Shown one piece after another: positions 60,626-64,000 of a stretch of DNA of 64,000 bases. Location: NCBI GenBank assembly GCA_002269645.1, contig NIVC01000406.1, positions 260,724-324,723 of the forward strand, given 5' to 3'. Below the pieces are notes generated by a model. That model made no database searches, was not told the DNA's origin, and saw nothing but the letters and a program-made list of their open reading frames with translations. Position 1 is the first letter of the stretch. Each line of letters opens with the position of its first letter. The DNA comes from Macrostomum lignano. Its lineage: Eukaryota. A program made the translations under genes and the position numbers.

Positions 60626-62051
60626 TGTTAGAGTTTAGGATCTCCGCGTTTTAGGGTCTCCGGCCCGGAGATCACAAACTGAAAATTGTGTCATTTTAAG
60701 ATCGCCCACACGGAGATCGGAAACCATAACATAAGATAGAGTTACAGGTCTCCGCCGTGTTAGGATCTCCGCGGTTCTTTTCTATATGAAAATTATCGCT
60801 ACTTCTATGTACATCGAGATTGGCACCCCAAAGTCTTGCGTAACTTTCAATAGGCTTTGCACATTTTGGAGATCAGCTTTGTACTCATATTTTATGGGTG
60901 GCGGGAAGCGCTGTAAACATTTATATTGGGCAGATGATAAGAAAGGTTTGTCCTGTGTGATTTTCGTCGATTTCTGCATTTCAAAGCTTGATGGCTTTGC
61001 TCAATCAAATATTTTTCTACGTCCTAAACAATGAATATACGCAGGTACCAGCCAGATTGGACGCCAAAGATAAGGCCAACTTAAAAATACGTATTAGAGA
61101 AAAGAGCAAGCGTTTCTCCATCCATGACGGAGCGCTTTACTACAGGGTGACTAATAAGGACGACAGTCAGCGAATGCGGCCTGAAGACCATCGCAGAGTA
61201 CTTTTCACAGAGGAAGAGATACGGGATAAGATCCGCAGCCTTCACTCGCAAGGAAGTCACGTGGGTGTCAACAGCACAGTGAGCCTTTTTACTGCACGAT
61301 ACTATGCTGACATCCCCGTCACACCGATTGCCAAGGCAGTGGTCGAGTCTTGTGACAGGTGCGAGCTGGTCACACCGTGGGAGCAGCTGGGGTTCAGGAT
61401 CTGAAGCGAGGGGACGATCGGAAGGGTGGTAAGATGCGATACACTTGGAGTCAGCAAGTCTACATCGTGACCAGGTGTCTTGGTCAAAACGTGTACAGGC
61501 TAGGAGGACTAACCAGGTGTGTCAATGGGAAACACCTCAAGAGATGCTTCCTCCAAGCACCGGCTGAAAGTGCATCACCGGTTTTTCACTAAGCGGACAT
61601 TTACTTCATTACTTTAACAGTAAACAGTTTTCCATTTAAATACACAGTTGTGCGAGCATACGAGCTATACATATAAAACTAATGCTACGTTGATGATAAA
61701 AATGCCTTTCCACTTCTTATACATGTACGCGTTCAATACCATGACCATTGGTTTTACACAAATGGGGGGGGAGATCGGAAACCGGAGATCCTAAACCAGG
61801 ACTATGTTTTTGCGGCCCTGACGGAGAGCTGAAACTGGTTTAGAGTCTCCTGGGGGGAGATCAGAAACTGGTTTAAGATCTCCGGGTGCGGAGACCTGAA
61901 AATGCCCCCGGAGACCCTTAAACGGTTTCAGATCTCCTACCCCGGAGACCCATAACCGTTAGAAGTCTCCAGGGGAGATCCTAAACCGTTTAGGGTCTCC
62001 GCCCCGGACACCCTAAACTGACCGGACCCCCGGAGATCCTAAACCATAACA
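60626..62051 (+). mobile_element. Ginger1-type DNA transposon, internally deleted non-autonomous copy
   Basis: TIRs tgttagagtttaggatctccg and cggagatcctaaaccataaca (19/21); TSD ccgg at 60622-60625 and 62052-62055; gypsy-like integrase H2C2 region and C-terminal fragment; many subterminal ggagatc..aaac motifs. Confidence 0.9.
60991..61590 (+). pseudogene. Ginger integrase remnant lacking the DDE core
   Basis: LHSQGSHVGVNST..ARYY..VESCDRC then PWEQLG; the next frame continues VQDLKRGDDRKGGKMRYTW...YRL..VNGKHLK. The junction is near 61390. Confidence 0.78.
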
Positions 62052-62989
62052 CCGGCACCACCGGATTTCCCTGCGCGAAACCGCAGGACCAGCTGCCCGT
62101 GGTGATCGCCAGGGGTTAGCGGAATGGGCTTTGACGCCCCCCCGGTATCCGGATGCCCGGAGTTCCCTGCAGCTGAATCATGTAAGCCAAGAAACCAAGC
62201 TTTTCTCCTTTTTGCATCATTTCCTGTAAAACGACTGCATTGTTTGGAGGCAATGTTCACTCTAATCTTTTTAATCTAACCCGGACCGTGAGACTATAGC
62301 TACTAGTGACAATACACAAAAACTAACAAGTACATTGAGCAGCATAAAAACTATTTTAAGACAAAATTTTAAGCCTAAGAAGTCGATGACATTGGCGCGC
62401 TTCTGTTAGCATTGATTCGCAGGCCGTCCGCTTCTTTGGACACACCAGAAAACAGTCGGAGTTGCTTCAACGTAGGTTCGTAGCTGGCTGATCAAAAGCT
62501 CCTGCTTTTACAGGATACTCAAGCAGCCAATCTACGAGCGACTTGAACCACAATTTCGCAGATTGGAATAGCGGAGGGCTTTATGGGACGTTGTAATAAT
62601 GACTCACAGCCGCAATGCTGCTGGTTCTGGTTTGGCTTAAAATACTAATGCACTGAGACAGATCTAGCAAACAGAGTCCAGATACACGCATTTCAGAGGA
62701 TTGGTTGGACGCCATGTTTCTTATCTGTGCAAGTCGAGGTGTTTTAATTCATTTCACCTTTTTCCAGCCGTGCACGCCTCGGTCGAATCATTATCACATT
62801 GCTAACCCGAACCGGCGGTTGCGTATGGAATTGCATAAAATCATAGATAGACTCGGTTAGCCTTTCTTCCAACCCTTCCAGTTTGCAGTTGGTCAGCATA
62901 AGATCCACATTGATCTACGCTCATAACTACAAAAAATTCTCTGTAATTTGCAAAGCGTTGGATTCCGGAAGAGAGACCTAAGTCTCAAA

Positions 62990-64000
62990 ATGAAGATATC
63001 AATTTTATACTTTCTTTTGCTTCTCCTATGCAGCGATGCCAATGGCAATCCTCAACTCGGGGTTGCAGCTGGTACAGAATTTGAAGCTGGTATTACGGTT
63101 GAAGCAGGACAAGCAACAATGGACTCTACAGTGGAAGAAACAACACAGGAAACTGAAACGGAATCAACACAATTCGTCGATTCTTCGCCAAAAAGTACAG
63201 ACAGCAATTCAATCTCGCCGACAACTACAACCAGCGAGTCAATCTTGCCGACAACTACAGTCAGCGAGTCAATCTCGCCGACAACTACAACCAGCGAGTC
63301 AATCTCGCCGACAACTACAACCAGCGAGTCAATCTTGCCGACAACTACAACCAGCGAGTCAATATCGCCGACAACTACAGTCAGTGAGTCAATCTCACCG
63401 ACAACTACAACCAGCGAGTCAATATCGCCGACAACTACAACCAGCGAGTCAATCTCACCGACAACTACAACCAGCGAGTCAATCTCACCGACAACTACAA
63501 CCAGCGAGTCAATCTCACCGAAAACTACAACCAGCGAATCAATCTCACCGACAACTACAACCAGCGAGTCAATCTCACCGACAACTACAACCAGCGAGTC
63601 AATCTCACCGACAACTACAACCAGCGAGTCAATCTCACCGACAACTACAACCAGCGAGTCAATCTCACCGACAACTACAACCAGCGAGTCAATCTCACCG
63701 ACAACTACAACCAGACAGCCAACTCAAGGGACAAGCTCTGCTGACACAGCAACCACGGGCCCAGACGCAGGTGGAGGCGGTGGCATCCTGACGCCCAGTC
63801 AGCTAGCGGCTGTAGTTCTTGGATCGGTGCTGGTCCTCTCAGTCATCTTCGGCGTAGCGGTTGTGGTGATCCGCCGCCGCCGAAGCGAGGCCCGCTTCCG
63901 ACGACTCCGCTGCGCCGGCTACTTCGACGAAGAGGACGACGGCATAGTCGGACTTGGCGGCAGCGATCCGCCGTTGCCGCGAGTGCTGTTCGACGACCAG
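62990..64000 (+). CDS. Mucin-like type I transmembrane protein (3' end beyond the window)
   Basis: ATG at 62990: MKISILYFLLLLLCSDANG signal peptide; ~17 copies of the 10-aa repeat SISPTTTTSE; TM LAAVVLGSVLVLSVIFGVAVVVI followed by RRRR; acidic tail. No stop before the edge, so it is missing from the ORF track. Confidence 0.88.
   Translation, partial: MKISILYFLLLLLCSDANGNPQLGVAAGTEFEAGITVEAGQATMDSTVEETTQETETESTQFVDSSPKSTDSNSISPTTTTSESILPTTTVSESISPTTTTSESISPTTTTSESILPTTTTSESISPTTTVSESISPTTTTSESISPTTTTSESISPTTTTSESISPTTTTSESISPKTTTSESISPTTTTSESISPTTTTSESISPTTTTSESISPTTTTSESISPTTTTSESISPTTTTRQPTQGTSSADTATTGPDAGGGGGILTPSQLAAVVLGSVLVLSVIFGVAVVVIRRRRSEARFRRLRCAGYFDEEDDGIVGLGGSDPPLPRVLFDDQ
63209..63714 (+). 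repeat. 30-bp coding tandem repeat (~17 copies)
   Basis: Unit tcaatctcaccgacaactacaaccagcgag. Confidence 0.96.

Noticed and set aside
63036-63791. ORF-track 251-aa Gln/Arg/Ser repeat protein
   Set aside because: It is an off-frame reading of the mucin gene; the 62990 frame has the signal peptide and TM helix.

Overview
This is eukaryotic (animal) genomic DNA with spliced genes, GC-rich exons and minisatellite-filled introns. That style fits a flatworm such as Macrostomum (inference, not searched). Genes reconstructed by hand: MCCC2 (-, 5' part) head-to-head with a 9-exon AGO-clade Argonaute (+, DEDH tetrad intact); ARHGEF10-like RhoGEF (-); USH1G/SANS-like ankyrin-SAM gene (+, two 1-bp frameshifts); a 118-aa spliced HLH-like gene (-) absent from the ORF track; an intronless rhodopsin-type GPCR (-); two paralogous intronless genes with a C-terminal ubiquitin-like domain ending Gly-Gly-stop (-); an SMIM30-like micropeptide (-); a secreted PAN/apple + LamG-like protein (+); and a mucin-like type I membrane protein running off the right edge (+). 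Mobile DNA includes a Ginger1 deletion derivative (TGT/ACA TIRs, CCGG TSD), a 3-kb TIR element with an 8-bp TSD holding an RNase H LINE fragment and a Merlin transposase fossil, several MITEs, tRNA-derived SINEs and a mariner relic. The best candidate for an undescribed system is the pair of di-glycine Ubl genes, whose promoters share an IRF/ISRE-like 13-mer next to TATA and AP-1 motifs, an arrangement reminiscent of ISG15. All homology calls come from recalled motifs; no database search was run.
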